Shown: positions 39,896-49,767, counted from the stretch's first letter. The stretch is DNA of 64,000 bases from Trueperaceae bacterium (GCA_965213925.1 OZ243927.1:832001-896000); one strand, 5' to 3'. The notes: generated by a model from the letters alone, not told the origin. Made by a program: numbers and translations.

Positions 39896-40219
39896 ATGAA
39901 CCACCAGGAGATGGTTAACAAGCTCAAGGCGCTCGCCGATCCGAGCCGCCTCGCCATTCTCGAGTTTCTGCTCCACCCTATCCAGAGCTGCTGTAGCCGC
40001 GAAGAGGGCATCTGCGCCTGCGACCTGGAAGACTTTCTCGGTCTCACCCAGCCGACGGTGAGCCACCACATGAAGCTGCTCATTCAAGCAGGCTTCATCA
40101 CGGCAGAGAAGCGCGGGCGCTGGGTGTACTACGACCTGGTTCCTGAAACTTTCGAAGCGGTGCGGGCTGCGCTGGCAGCGTTTGCAGCGTGCCAAGTGAC
40201 AACTAAGGCGGACGTGTAG
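39896..40219 (+). CDS. arsR: ArsR family metalloregulator
   Basis: KALADPSRL, CC..ICACDL, QPTVSHHMK; heads the ars operon. Confidence 0.88.
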   Translation: MNHQEMVNKLKALADPSRLAILEFLLHPIQSCCSREEGICACDLEDFLGLTQPTVSHHMKLLIQAGFITAEKRGRWVYYDLVPETFEAVRAALAAFAACQVTTKADV

Positions 40220-40680
40220 TGCGCCTACTCGTACTTTGCACCCACAACTCCGCCCGCTCGCAAATGGCGGAAGGGTGGCTGAGGTACCACGCGCGAGAAG
40301 CCGGGTTGAACGCCGAGGTCCTTTCCGCTGGCACCGAGCAAACGAGGGTCAAGCCGGACGCGGTCACCGTCATGCGGGAGGTGGGCATCGACGTTTCAGG
40401 TCACACCTCTAAAACGCTCTTCGACCTCCCCGACCCCTGGACCTTCGACGTAGTTGTCACAGTTTGCGACAGCGCGAACGAGGCGTGTCCCAGCTATCCC
40501 GCCGAAACGACGCGCCTTCATGTCGCCTTCCCCGACCCCTCCGATCAACCGCTTGAGAGGTGGCGTGAGGTTAGAGACCTGCTTGGCGAAATGAGCGAGC
40601 AGCTTATCCGAGTTTTGAAAAGAGGCGAGGCACCGACTGAGGAACTTATCCGCCCGAAAACGCTCAACACGCTTCCATGA
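40219..40680 (+). CDS. arsC: Arsenate reductase, LMW-PTP type
   Basis: CTHNSARSQMAE, TVCDSANEACP, FPDP. Confidence 0.88.
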   Translation: MRLLVLCTHNSARSQMAEGWLRYHAREAGLNAEVLSAGTEQTRVKPDAVTVMREVGIDVSGHTSKTLFDLPDPWTFDVVVTVCDSANEACPSYPAETTRLHVAFPDPSDQPLERWREVRDLLGEMSEQLIRVLKRGEAPTEELIRPKTLNTLP

Positions 40681-41393
40681 GAATCTGGCTCGCTGAGTTC
40701 ATCGGCACCTTCGCGTTGGTATTCGTCGGTATTGGCACGATTGCTTCAGGGATCAGTCCAGTTGGCGTCGCGCTCGCCTTCGGCTTCGTCGTAGCAGTGA
40801 TGATCTCGGCGGTCGGTCCCATCTCGGCGGCGCATTTCAACCCGGCGGTCACAGTTGGCTTTTTCGTCATGCGGCGTATCACCTTGCCGCAGCTCTTCCT
40901 CTACTGGAGCGCTGAACTCTCCGGTGCGGTCATTGCCATGCTGACGCTAAACGCTTGGTACGGCGAGGAGCGCCTTAGTTCGGTCCGTTTCGGCACGACC
41001 CAACTTGCTCCTACTGTCACACCGTGGATCGGTATCGGCGTCGAGGCGGTCCTGACCTTCTTTTTGATGTTTGTCATCGCCACCATCGTTATTCAAAAAC
41101 ACGCGCTCGATGGTCTCTACATCGGGCTCACTGTAGCGTTAGGGGCTCTGGCAGGCGGAGCGTTGACGGGGGCGTCGATGAACCCGGCACGCAGCTTCGG
41201 ACCCGCACTCATTGGCAACGTCTGGACCTTGCACTGGGTCTACTGGCTCGGACCACTGCTCGGTGCGGTCGCCGCGTCGCTCACGGCGCAGTATCTCTGG
41301 CAGGCGGACGACGACCCGTTTAAGCAGGGCGAGCCCGAGCGAAGTGCGCAGGCGCGTAAGCATATCCTAGAGAAAGGAGCCAAGGAGGGATGA
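40677..41393 (+). CDS. MIP/aquaporin channel, probable arsenite efflux
   Basis: Two NPA motifs (HFNPAVT, SMNPARSFGP); ars operon context. Confidence 0.88.
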   Translation: MRIWLAEFIGTFALVFVGIGTIASGISPVGVALAFGFVVAVMISAVGPISAAHFNPAVTVGFFVMRRITLPQLFLYWSAELSGAVIAMLTLNAWYGEERLSSVRFGTTQLAPTVTPWIGIGVEAVLTFFLMFVIATIVIQKHALDGLYIGLTVALGALAGGALTGASMNPARSFGPALIGNVWTLHWVYWLGPLLGAVAASLTAQYLWQADDDPFKQGEPERSAQARKHILEKGAKEG

Positions 41394-42760
41394 AGCTACT
41401 CATCATCGGCGGCAGCGACGCGGGCATCAGCGCCGCGCTCCGTGCCCAAGAGGTCAACCCGGGCGCGGAGGTGACGGTCGCGTTGGCGGACTACTACCCT
41501 AACTACAGCATCTGCGGCATCCCCTTTTGGCTCGGCGGCGAGGTCGCGGACTATCACGACCTGGCACACCGGACGAAAGAGGACATCGAGGCGAAGGGAA
41601 TTGAGCTGTTGGTAGGGCACACTGCCACCTATGTTTACTCCGAAGCCCATCAAGTTGAAGTGCGCACGGATGAAGAGATCAAAACGCTCGAGTACGACGC
41701 GCTCATTCTCGGTACAGGTGCGAAGCCGATGGAACCGCCCATTAGAGGGTTAGATTTGCCGGGTGTCTACCTCTTGAGAACAATGGGGGACAGCTTCAAG
41801 ATTCATGCGCACTTGATGGAGAAGCAACCTAAACGCGCTGTGATCGTCGGCGCGGGTTACATCGGGCTGGAGATGGCGGAGGCGTTTCGGCACCGGAGGT
41901 TAGAAACGAGCTTGGTCGAGCTGACCAAAAGTGTGATGCCGAGTATCGACGCGGAGCTTGGGAAGGTGCTGGAGCAGACCCTTACTGAAAATGGTGTTGA
42001 GGTGAGCATTAACACAGCGGTCGAGCGGATCGAGCAGGCGGGTGATGCTCTTTTAGTGATAGGTTCGGACGGTTTGCGGCTCGAGACAGATTTGGTTGTG
42101 GTCGCTACGGGCGTCGTTCCAAATACGACCTTAGCTGAAACAGCGGGCGTCTTACTTGGCGTCAGTAACGCCCTCAATGTCAACGAGAAGATGAAGACGA
42201 ACGTAGAGGGCATCTACGCGGCGGGCGACTGCGTGCAGACCTATCACCGCTTATTTGAGCGCTACACCTACACACCTCTTGGCACAACGGCGCATAAGCA
42301 GGGCTATGTAGCCGGGGAGAATGCAGTAGGAGGCGACGCCACCTTTGCGGGCTCGCTCGGAACGCAAACCGTCAAGCTCTTTGACCTTGTGGTCGCCCGC
42401 ACAGGATTGCGCGATGCCGAAGCGAGAGAAGCAGGCTTCGACCCGCTCACCGTCAGCCTCACCGCAGACGACCACAAAGCCTACTACCCTGATGCGACGC
42501 CCTTGCACCTTCGTTTAACCGGAGACCGGACGAGCGGTACCCTCTTAGGTCTTCAGATGGTTGGGCACCGCTCGGCGGAGGTGAGTAAGCGCGTGGATAT
42601 AGTCGCCACCGCGCTTTACCACGGGATGACCGTGAAGTGCCTTCTAGACCTCGACCTCTCCTATGCACCACCACTAAGCAGCCCCTGGGACCCCGTGCAG
42701 ATAATAGCGCGGGCGTGGGAACGCGCCGCGGCGAAGGGACAAGTGGTGGTAGTCACCTAA
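41390..42760 (+). CDS. CoA-disulfide reductase/NADH oxidase-like flavoprotein
   Basis: GGSDAG, NYSICGIP single Cys, GAGYIGLE, DLSYAPP. Confidence 0.85.
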   Translation: MKLLIIGGSDAGISAALRAQEVNPGAEVTVALADYYPNYSICGIPFWLGGEVADYHDLAHRTKEDIEAKGIELLVGHTATYVYSEAHQVEVRTDEEIKTLEYDALILGTGAKPMEPPIRGLDLPGVYLLRTMGDSFKIHAHLMEKQPKRAVIVGAGYIGLEMAEAFRHRRLETSLVELTKSVMPSIDAELGKVLEQTLTENGVEVSINTAVERIEQAGDALLVIGSDGLRLETDLVVVATGVVPNTTLAETAGVLLGVSNALNVNEKMKTNVEGIYAAGDCVQTYHRLFERYTYTPLGTTAHKQGYVAGENAVGGDATFAGSLGTQTVKLFDLVVARTGLRDAEAREAGFDPLTVSLTADDHKAYYPDATPLHLRLTGDRTSGTLLGLQMVGHRSAEVSKRVDIVATALYHGMTVKCLLDLDLSYAPPLSSPWDPVQIIARAWERAAAKGQVVVVT

Positions 42761-43060
42761 CCGAGTACGCATCGAAGTTCAGTCAGAAGCGCCCGTTTCG
42801 ACCATACGCTTTGTGTCCTGTTCGCTGAAGTCAACCTTGCGCGTTCAAGACTCGTCATCACCAGCGCTTTTCCGCGAGCGGATAGGGTATCAGCCAGAGG
42901 TAGTAATGCATTCGAGAGGGACGGTCCTACAGATTTACAGCTTAGGCAGTACGACGCAAGCAGTGGGTCAATAGTCCCAGAGCGACCGAATATTCCGCAA
43001 AGCCACGTCTTGACAAAACACTGACGCCGGTCCCTAAAACTGAGCGCGGAGGTCTCACCC

Positions 43061-44635
43061 ATGTATAAGCGAATCCTTCTTTTGCTTTTCACCTCTCTTC
43101 TCTTCTACACCTTCGCCCAAACCCCCGAACCGAGCGGCGCACTGCGCCTAGAACGCCTCGCCACCTACACCACAGGCGCGTTCGACGAGGGCGCAGCGGA
43201 GATCGTCGCGTTCGACTCCAGCTCGCAGCGGCTCTTCATCGTCAACTCGAACGCAGTCACACTGGATATTTTGGATATCAGTGACCCCGCGAACCCTGCA
43301 CCGAGAGAGCCCCTCGACATGACGCAGTACGGCGCGGCGGCGAACAGCGTGGACGTGTTTGAAGGTACGGTGGCTGTTGCCATTGAAAACGAGACCGTCA
43401 CCGAACCCGGCACGGTCGTCTTCCTTACTCCAGAGGGTGCACTTATTAGCCAAGTCACGGTGGGTGCACTGCCCGACATGCTCACCTTTACGCCAGACGG
43501 AAGCAAGGTCGTCGTGGCGAACGAAGGCGAGCCCTCAGACGACTACAGCACCGATCCTGAAGGCTCGGTCAGCATCATCGATATGTCTGGCGGTACCGAG
43601 AACTTGACGCAGGAAGACGTGACCGAGGTCGGTTTCTCGAGCTTTAACGATGCCGAACTCGACGAGGGCGTCCGCATCTTCGGTCCTGACGCGAGCGTGG
43701 CGCAGGATTTGGAGCCCGAGTATGTCGCGGTTGCGCCCGACTCCGCTTCGGCCTGGGTCGCGCTGCAGGAGAACAACGCCTTAGCGCAAATTGATTTGGC
43801 TGCGGGCGAAGTGACCGACCTTATCGGCTTGGGCTTCAAAGACCACAGCGCAGAGGAGAACGCCTTCGACCCTTCTGACGAAGACGGCGGCATCAACATC
43901 GGCACGCACCCCGTCTTCGGCATGTACCAACCCGACGCGATTGCTACCTTTGAGGTGAACGGTGAAACGTACATCGTCACCGCCAACGAGGGCGACGGGC
44001 GCGATTACGACGGCTTCAGCGAGGAGGCGCGACTCGGTGACGACGAATACACGCTCGCCGAAGACGCCTTTCCGAACGCTGCCGAACTCAAAGAAGCACT
44101 AGGACGCTTGACCGTCACGACGGCGACGGGGGACACGGACGGTGACGGTGAATTCGAAGAGATTTACGCCTTCGGCGGGCGCTCGTTCTCCATCTGGAAC
44201 GCCTCGGGGGAGCTTATCTTCGACAGCGGCGACGCCTTGGAGCGCATCACCGCCGAGGCGTATCCCGACTACTTCAACGCGAACAACGACGAGAATGGCG
44301 CGGAGACCTTCGAGAGCAGGAGCGATAACAAAGGACCGGAGCCCGAAGGGATTGTGACCGGAGAGGTCGGCGGCAGCGTCTACGCCTTCATCGGCTTAGA
44401 ACGCATCGGCGGCGTAGTCACCTATGATGTGAGCGATCCCGAGAACCCGCAGTTCGTGGACTATACGAACCACCGCGACTTCAGCGCCGACATCGAGTCG
44501 GAAGAGGCGGGCGACTTAGGACCGGAAGGACTCCTCTTTATCTCCGCCGAGGAGAGCCCGAACGGGACGCCACTCATCGTTGTCGGCAACGAGGTGAGCG
44601 GGTCAACGAGTATCTATGCGGTAGAGCAGGAGTAG
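43061..44635 (+). CDS. Secreted choice-of-anchor I / alkaline phosphatase-like protein
   Basis: AAEIVAF, GALPDM, ANEGEP, DLEPEY, MYQPD, RSDNKGPEPE, NEVSG. Confidence 0.85.
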   Translation: MYKRILLLLFTSLLFYTFAQTPEPSGALRLERLATYTTGAFDEGAAEIVAFDSSSQRLFIVNSNAVTLDILDISDPANPAPREPLDMTQYGAAANSVDVFEGTVAVAIENETVTEPGTVVFLTPEGALISQVTVGALPDMLTFTPDGSKVVVANEGEPSDDYSTDPEGSVSIIDMSGGTENLTQEDVTEVGFSSFNDAELDEGVRIFGPDASVAQDLEPEYVAVAPDSASAWVALQENNALAQIDLAAGEVTDLIGLGFKDHSAEENAFDPSDEDGGINIGTHPVFGMYQPDAIATFEVNGETYIVTANEGDGRDYDGFSEEARLGDDEYTLAEDAFPNAAELKEALGRLTVTTATGDTDGDGEFEEIYAFGGRSFSIWNASGELIFDSGDALERITAEAYPDYFNANNDENGAETFESRSDNKGPEPEGIVTGEVGGSVYAFIGLERIGGVVTYDVSDPENPQFVDYTNHRDFSADIESEEAGDLGPEGLLFISAEESPNGTPLIVVGNEVSGSTSIYAVEQE

Positions 44636-44762
44636 GGGTGGGGCAGGTAAGCGGGGGCTCACCTCGACATGCTTGCTGAGTAACGATAGTCGAAGCTGAA
44701 GGTGCGTGCCTGGCTCGGTGAGCAGTCACGTCGCCAGGGTGCTACCGAATTTCGTGCTGGTC

Positions 44763-44794
44763 TTCTGCGGCTAACGCGCGCATCTTACGCGTAG
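44763..44794. repeat. 13-6-13 palindromic site, copy 10
   Basis: TTCTGCGGCTAAC-GCGCGC-ATCTTACGCGTAG. Confidence 0.8.
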
Positions 44795-44862
44795 CATTCC
44801 CGAACCGAAGTTCTCGAGATCACGGCTGCAAATGAGGGTCAAGCACGACGCCTGCCTTAAAG

Positions 44863-45543
44863 TTAGAGTCTGACGCCGAACGCCTCTTTTAGACCCACGA
44901 GGCCGCCCGGCGTCAGGTGAACCGCGCGGGTCCCCTCCAGCCGTACCAGCCACTTACGCTGCAGGAGTTGTGCAGTGAGCGCCGCCCCGAGCGCACCCGA
45001 CACATGATAGCGCCGCTCCGTCCAATCCACGCACGGCTTAGCTAGAGGACGCCGTTGCTGATCGAGCGCACATAAGTCAACATCAAGTTCGGTGAAAGCC
45101 CGCTCCCCGGCAGATGTGATGTGGTAGCGATCCGCCGCTAGCTCGAGGAGGCCGCTCGCTAACAAGGCGTCGGCAAGGGCGACAGCTACCTTGCCTGCAA
45201 GGTGGTCATAGCAGGTGCGGGCGAAGAGCAGGGGTTTGTCAGAAGAGCTACTTCGTTCGTCAGAGGGGACCGCAGTTAGGTTCTGTAAGGATTCGACCAC
45301 ATTAGCTACGTCGGGTCCGGCGAGACGGTAGTAACGGTAACGCCCATGACGTTCGACCGCCAGCAGACCACCTCGCTGCAGCTTGGCGAGGTGAGAACTG
45401 GCTGTCTGAGGCGAGACGCGGGCAAGGCGTGCCAGCTCCGAAGCAGGACGAACCCGACTGCCCATCAAGGACAGCAGCATCCGTGCGCGCGCCGGGTCAC
45501 CCATAAGCGCTGCAACTGAGGCGAGATCTATCGCTTGCTCCAT
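44863..45543 (-). CDS. ArsR/SmtB family regulator (long type)
   Basis: DPARARML, PQTASSHLAKL, ARTCYDHLAG, CVDWTERR. Confidence 0.88.
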   Translation of the reverse strand: MEQAIDLASVAALMGDPARARMLLSLMGSRVRPASELARLARVSPQTASSHLAKLQRGGLLAVERHGRYRYYRLAGPDVANVVESLQNLTAVPSDERSSSSDKPLLFARTCYDHLAGKVAVALADALLASGLLELAADRYHITSAGERAFTELDVDLCALDQQRRPLAKPCVDWTERRYHVSGALGAALTAQLLQRKWLVRLEGTRAVHLTPGGLVGLKEAFGVRL

Positions 45544-45639
45544 GTTCCCATTTTAGGGTACAACCGTTCTTGGACGCTTCGACGGCGGTGGAAACGACCG
45601 CTCGGCTTCTCACGGTAGCCTCTTTTAAGGAGGCACAAG

Positions 45640-46098
45640 ATGAAGCTCATAGAAAACCTTACGCGTGCCCTTACAGACCACCGAGATGACATGGCGCGTC
45701 GCCGCTGTTACCGACGCGCCTTGAAAGACGCCCTCGCAGCCTTTGAGACCGATCACCGCCTCTGGGTTGAAACACATTTCGACCTCAAATTCTTGACCGG
45801 GCGAGGCGCAGAGGCGCTCGAAGCGAATGATGCACAAGCGCTTGCCCAAGCCTGGACCTCGCAGTTCCGTTACCGGGATGAAGCTCGGCGCGGCGATGAT
45901 GTGCGCCGCCTCGTCCTGGCAGCGGCGACCTTCCTCGAGCTGTTCAAGCGGGCCGAGGCGACGTGTGCAGATGGTTTGAGGCAACAGCAAACTTCAGAGC
46001 TTAACGTTCGTACTTTCTGGAATTCATTCAGTGCTTCCGCGAGACGAAGCGGGCTTAACCCAAGCACCCGTGACAAGGGATGCAAACGTCAGGGGTAA
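45640..46098 (+). CDS. Hypothetical protein
   Basis: RBS AAGGAGG; divergent from the ArsR gene. Confidence 0.6.
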   Translation: MKLIENLTRALTDHRDDMARRRCYRRALKDALAAFETDHRLWVETHFDLKFLTGRGAEALEANDAQALAQAWTSQFRYRDEARRGDDVRRLVLAAATFLELFKRAEATCADGLRQQQTSELNVRTFWNSFSASARRSGLNPSTRDKGCKRQG

Positions 46099-46120
46099 GA
46101 GATGTGAGCCTGGCAGGACC

Positions 46121-46152
46121 TTCTGTGCGAGTTGCGCGCATCTCGCGCAGAA
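46121..46152. repeat. 13-6-13 palindromic site, copy 11
   Basis: TTCTGTGCGAGTT-GCGCGC-ATCTCGCGCAGAA. Confidence 0.85.
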
Positions 46153-46188
46153 GCCATTTGTGAAGCAAGCGGTAACAAGGAAAACGCT

Positions 46189-47127
46189 TTACTGAACCCG
46201 GTCTCGCAACCAATCCGCCAGGTTGCGCCCGATAGCTTCGGGCTGGTCCTCCTGAATAAAGTGAAGCCCTTGGCCAATAAAGCGCGTTTCAATGTTCGCG
46301 TAGTGCTCACCAATCCAGGCGGCGGCTTCAGGCGGAAGGCCCAGACCGGGCGAAGCGTAGAGCAAGAGTTTGGGTTGTTCCGCTGTTTTGAGCCAATCGC
46401 CAATCGTCTCAATCACTGAAACGTTGCGTTCAGGTTCGCCCCCGATAGGTACTTCGTTCGGCCAGACGAGCAGAGGCTTTCTCGAGGCGGGCTCCAAAAA
46501 AGGTGCGCGGTAGGCATCCATCTCCGCGTCGCTCAGCGTCCGCATGACAGTTTGCGGCAAAAACTGCTCGATAAAGACGTTGTCCTCGACGATCATCTGC
46601 GGACCCATGATGGGGTCGCGAAAGGCGCGGAATGTCTCGCGAACTTCCTCGGGGATGGCGTCGTAGGACGGGATCGGGAAGACGGGCGGCACGTTCGCTT
46701 CCATCATGGCAACGGCTCTAACGTTGTCTGAGTGCTGCGCCGCGTAGTAGAGCCCGAGCGCAGACCCCCAGTCGTGGACGACCAAGGTAACGTCTTCCAG
46801 CTCGAGTGCCCCGATAAACCCTTCTACGTAACGGTAGTGGTCCTGAAAGGTGTAGTTGATGTCGGGTTTGTCCGACTGGCCCATGCCGATGAGGTCAAGG
46901 GCGAGGGTACGGCCAAGCGGCTGGGCGTAGGGCATGATGTTGCGCCAGAGGTAGGACGAGGTCGGATTGCCGTGAAGAAAGAGGATGGGAGAACCCTCAC
47001 CCGCTTCGGCGTAGGCGAGGTTAGAGCCGTGTACTCTGGCGTAGTTGTAGGGATAGGGAAAGGCGGCGCTACCGTCACGCTGCCCGAGGACGCTGCCGCC
47101 TTCACTAGAATTATTCATATCGTGCAA
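46189..47127 (-). CDS. dhaA: Haloalkane dehalogenase (HLD-II, DhaA-like)
   Basis: HGNPTSSYLWRNI, DLIGMG.SDKP, VHDWGS nucleophile, MEA, GLHFIQED. Confidence 0.88.
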   Translation of the reverse strand: MHDMNNSSEGGSVLGQRDGSAAFPYPYNYARVHGSNLAYAEAGEGSPILFLHGNPTSSYLWRNIMPYAQPLGRTLALDLIGMGQSDKPDINYTFQDHYRYVEGFIGALELEDVTLVVHDWGSALGLYYAAQHSDNVRAVAMMEANVPPVFPIPSYDAIPEEVRETFRAFRDPIMGPQMIVEDNVFIEQFLPQTVMRTLSDAEMDAYRAPFLEPASRKPLLVWPNEVPIGGEPERNVSVIETIGDWLKTAEQPKLLLYASPGLGLPPEAAAWIGEHYANIETRFIGQGLHFIQEDQPEAIGRNLADWLRDRVQ

Positions 47128-47145
47128 CCCTCGTTTTCCTGGACT

Positions 47146-48081
47146 TCAAGCATTTTGCTGAAGCGCGGACGCGGACAGATAGCGGTACGATCCACGCCGA
47201 AACTCTTCGATGATGGATGGGCGGCGCGGCTGCCAGCCGAACGTATCTCTCGCGAGCGCCCCTGACACCCGCATGTTTATAGTGAGGTAGTAGCCGAGGA
47301 AGCCGAACGAGGACATCGTGACTTCATTCGTGACTTGGTCCAATTCCTCCCCGACACCTGCGGCGACCCCGGCAGCAGCCATGACCTCTTTGGAGAGCAA
47401 GGTGTCGCCCGCACCGATAACGAGGGGGAGTCTACCGTCACGCTCGAGCACCAGAAGGAAGAGGTCAGCGAGGTCGTCCACGTGGACGAGGGTGATGACG
47501 CGGTCCCCCTGGACATAACCTGCTCGCCCTCGCGTCTCGATACCCGCCAAGCTGCCGAGAACCGGCGGGCTTGCGGCGCGACCGTAAACCAGAGCGGGGC
47601 GTACGATGGAGGCGTGCGGCTTTTTCAAAACGCTTAGCTCGGCGGCGGCGAGTGCGCCGAAGGGACTCTGCGCTGGCACCGCTGTGTCCTCGTCAGCGGT
47701 GCTCTCCCCCGTATCTCCGTAGATGCCCGTTCCGCTCGTTGAGATGAAGCGAAGCGACCTCGAGGCCGTCGCTTCTGCGAGAAACTGCAGTGTCACCGCA
47801 GCCTTGTCTGTAGCCTCCTCCACGCTCGCGTTCGGCGTAGGGGTTTCGTGCGTTGTCGCCGTGTGCACGACCGCGTCGACCTCACCCAACGCCTGCTCCA
47901 AGGCATCAGTATCGTTGAGGTCGGCGCGCACTGGTACAACACCTCGCTTCGCGGCACGCTCCGCTGAGGCATCCGAGCGCACGAGGCCGTGAACGGTGTA
48001 GCCTGACGCGAGCAGTCGCTCGGCGATGACCGAGCCTATGTAACCTGTTGCGCCTGTAAGTAGGATGGTCTTGCCCATCAC
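47146..48081 (-). CDS. NAD-dependent epimerase/dehydratase (atypical SDR)
   Basis: TGATGYIG, STSGTGIYGD, RPALVYG, VHVDDLA. Confidence 0.85.
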   Translation of the reverse strand: MMGKTILLTGATGYIGSVIAERLLASGYTVHGLVRSDASAERAAKRGVVPVRADLNDTDALEQALGEVDAVVHTATTHETPTPNASVEEATDKAAVTLQFLAEATASRSLRFISTSGTGIYGDTGESTADEDTAVPAQSPFGALAAAELSVLKKPHASIVRPALVYGRAASPPVLGSLAGIETRGRAGYVQGDRVITLVHVDDLADLFLLVLERDGRLPLVIGAGDTLLSKEVMAAAGVAAGVGEELDQVTNEVTMSSFGFLGYYLTINMRVSGALARDTFGWQPRRPSIIEEFRRGSYRYLSASALQQNA

Positions 48082-48929
48082 GCCTTCGCCATTCCAAAAG
48101 CGGAGAGGAGCTGCTGTTGCACCTCGCGAGCCGCCTCGTTCATCACTTCGACGGGCTGCTTCATATCTGCACCGATGGGCTGACGTAAACCCTGCACCTT
48201 GCCCTCGACTGCGTCCACGATCACGCGAACGACCTCTTGCGAGTCACCTTGTTCCATCGCGCCAAAGCTCGCCATGAACCCTTCGAACATCTCCTTGACG
48301 AGCCCGTAGGTTTCCATTCGCGCTTCGTCTACGCCTAGACTCAGATTCGCGCCGAAGTCCGTGCCATACGCGCCTGGTTGGACGATGAAGCTGCGGATGC
48401 CCAAGGGCTCGAGTTCGTAAGATGCGGCTTCAGCGAGCGCCTCTAGCGCGAATTTCGAGGCGGCATAGAGCCCACCGAAGGGCGTGACGAGCCGACCCAC
48501 CGCGCTGCTCAGGTAGATGACGAGCCCGCTTCCTTGCTCACGCATATAGGGTAGCACCGCACGGTTTACGCGCAAGACGCCCATCACGTTCACGTCGAAG
48601 AGCTGCTGCGCCTGCTCCGGTGTAACCGTTTCCTGGATGCCCATCACGCCGATACCGGCGTTATTGACGAGCACGTCGAGCCTGCCTGCCTCGGCAACCG
48701 CCCTCGAGACCGCTTGCTCCACGGAAGCGTCGTCTGTAACGTCGAGGTCCATAACCTGCAACGCTAAATTCTCTTGCTCAGCTAACTCACGCAAGTCTCG
48801 GGCGACCTCTGCGTTCTTATCCTCCATCCCTCGCATCGTCGCGAATACGGTATGACCGCGCTTCGCTAACTCAACTGCTGTTCCTTTCCCAAACCCGCTG
48901 CTCGCACCTGTAATGAGAACGCTTGCCAT
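48078..48929 (-). CDS. SDR family oxidoreductase
   Basis: TGASSGFG, NNAG, YAASK. Confidence 0.92.
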   Translation of the reverse strand: MASVLITGASSGFGKGTAVELAKRGHTVFATMRGMEDKNAEVARDLRELAEQENLALQVMDLDVTDDASVEQAVSRAVAEAGRLDVLVNNAGIGVMGIQETVTPEQAQQLFDVNVMGVLRVNRAVLPYMREQGSGLVIYLSSAVGRLVTPFGGLYAASKFALEALAEAASYELEPLGIRSFIVQPGAYGTDFGANLSLGVDEARMETYGLVKEMFEGFMASFGAMEQGDSQEVVRVIVDAVEGKVQGLRQPIGADMKQPVEVMNEAAREVQQQLLSAFGMAKA

Positions 48930-48991
48930 ACGTGACTCCCTTCGAGCCGTTCGTTAGGGTGACCTGCTATGATTTGTCCTAACAAGGACGG

Positions 48992-49030
48992 TATGTCACC
49001 ACTGTTGACAGTGTAAACAGTGGTGACATA
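48992..49030. promoter_or_regulatory. Probable TetR operator
   Basis: Perfect 15-bp arms TATGTCACCACTGTT...AACAGTGGTGACATA between the divergent SDR and TetR genes. Confidence 0.75.
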
Positions 49031-49065
49031 AGCTGTCAAGGGGATTAGCGTATGGGCGAACAGAT

Positions 49066-49662
49066 ATGACGAAACAGAGCTATCATCACGGCAGCCTGCG
49101 CGAAGCGCTTATAGATACAGCGCTGGAGAGTTTAACGTACCAGCGGGCGGGCGAGATCAGTCTGCGTAAGCTGGCAAGCAAACTCGATGTGGACCACACT
49201 GCCGTGTACCGCCATTTCAAGAACCGTGATGCGCTCCTGGCGGCGATGATCGAAGCGGGCTACCGCGACCTCAATAAGGCAATGGTGCAGGCGTGGCAGA
49301 CCGACGCGCCCTGGCGTGAGCGTGTCAAGCTCGTGGTCAAGGCGTACGCCGAGTACGCACGGGCTAACCCCAACCTCTTCGAGATCATGTTTGGCGGCGC
49401 GCTGGATGAATCGAAATACCCGGCCCTGCAGCAGCTCTCTGTCGAGAGCACGAACATGTTCGTCACCTACATCGAGCAGGCGCAAGCGGACGGGGTGTTG
49501 ACAGGTGATGCGCCGGACCAGGTCGCTCTGAACGTCTGTATGTTGTGTCACGGGCTCGCGCAGATGGTGGTGGGCAACCAGTTCAACGGTCCCTTCGCCA
49601 AGGCGGACGAGGACCTAGACGGACTGGCTGAGGGTGTAGTGGCGGGTATGAATTTGCAGTGA
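49066..49662 (+). CDS. TetR family regulator (WHG type)
   Basis: YHHGSLR, ISLRKLA..AVYRHF, LCHG. Confidence 0.9.
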   Translation: MTKQSYHHGSLREALIDTALESLTYQRAGEISLRKLASKLDVDHTAVYRHFKNRDALLAAMIEAGYRDLNKAMVQAWQTDAPWRERVKLVVKAYAEYARANPNLFEIMFGGALDESKYPALQQLSVESTNMFVTYIEQAQADGVLTGDAPDQVALNVCMLCHGLAQMVVGNQFNGPFAKADEDLDGLAEGVVAGMNLQ

Positions 49663-49724
49663 GCGGGTCCAATTAAGAAAGCTTTTTGAGTTCGCAGGAA
49701 GTTCTAACGACACTTACCTTGGTT

Positions 49725-49767
49725 TTCTGCAAGAGACGTGTGCGAGACGCGCGCAACTCTCGCAGAG
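49725..49767. repeat. Palindromic site, copy 12, with internal 11-bp duplication
   Basis: TTCTGCAA-GAGACGTGTGC-GAGACGCGCGC-AACTCTCGCAGAG. Confidence 0.8.
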
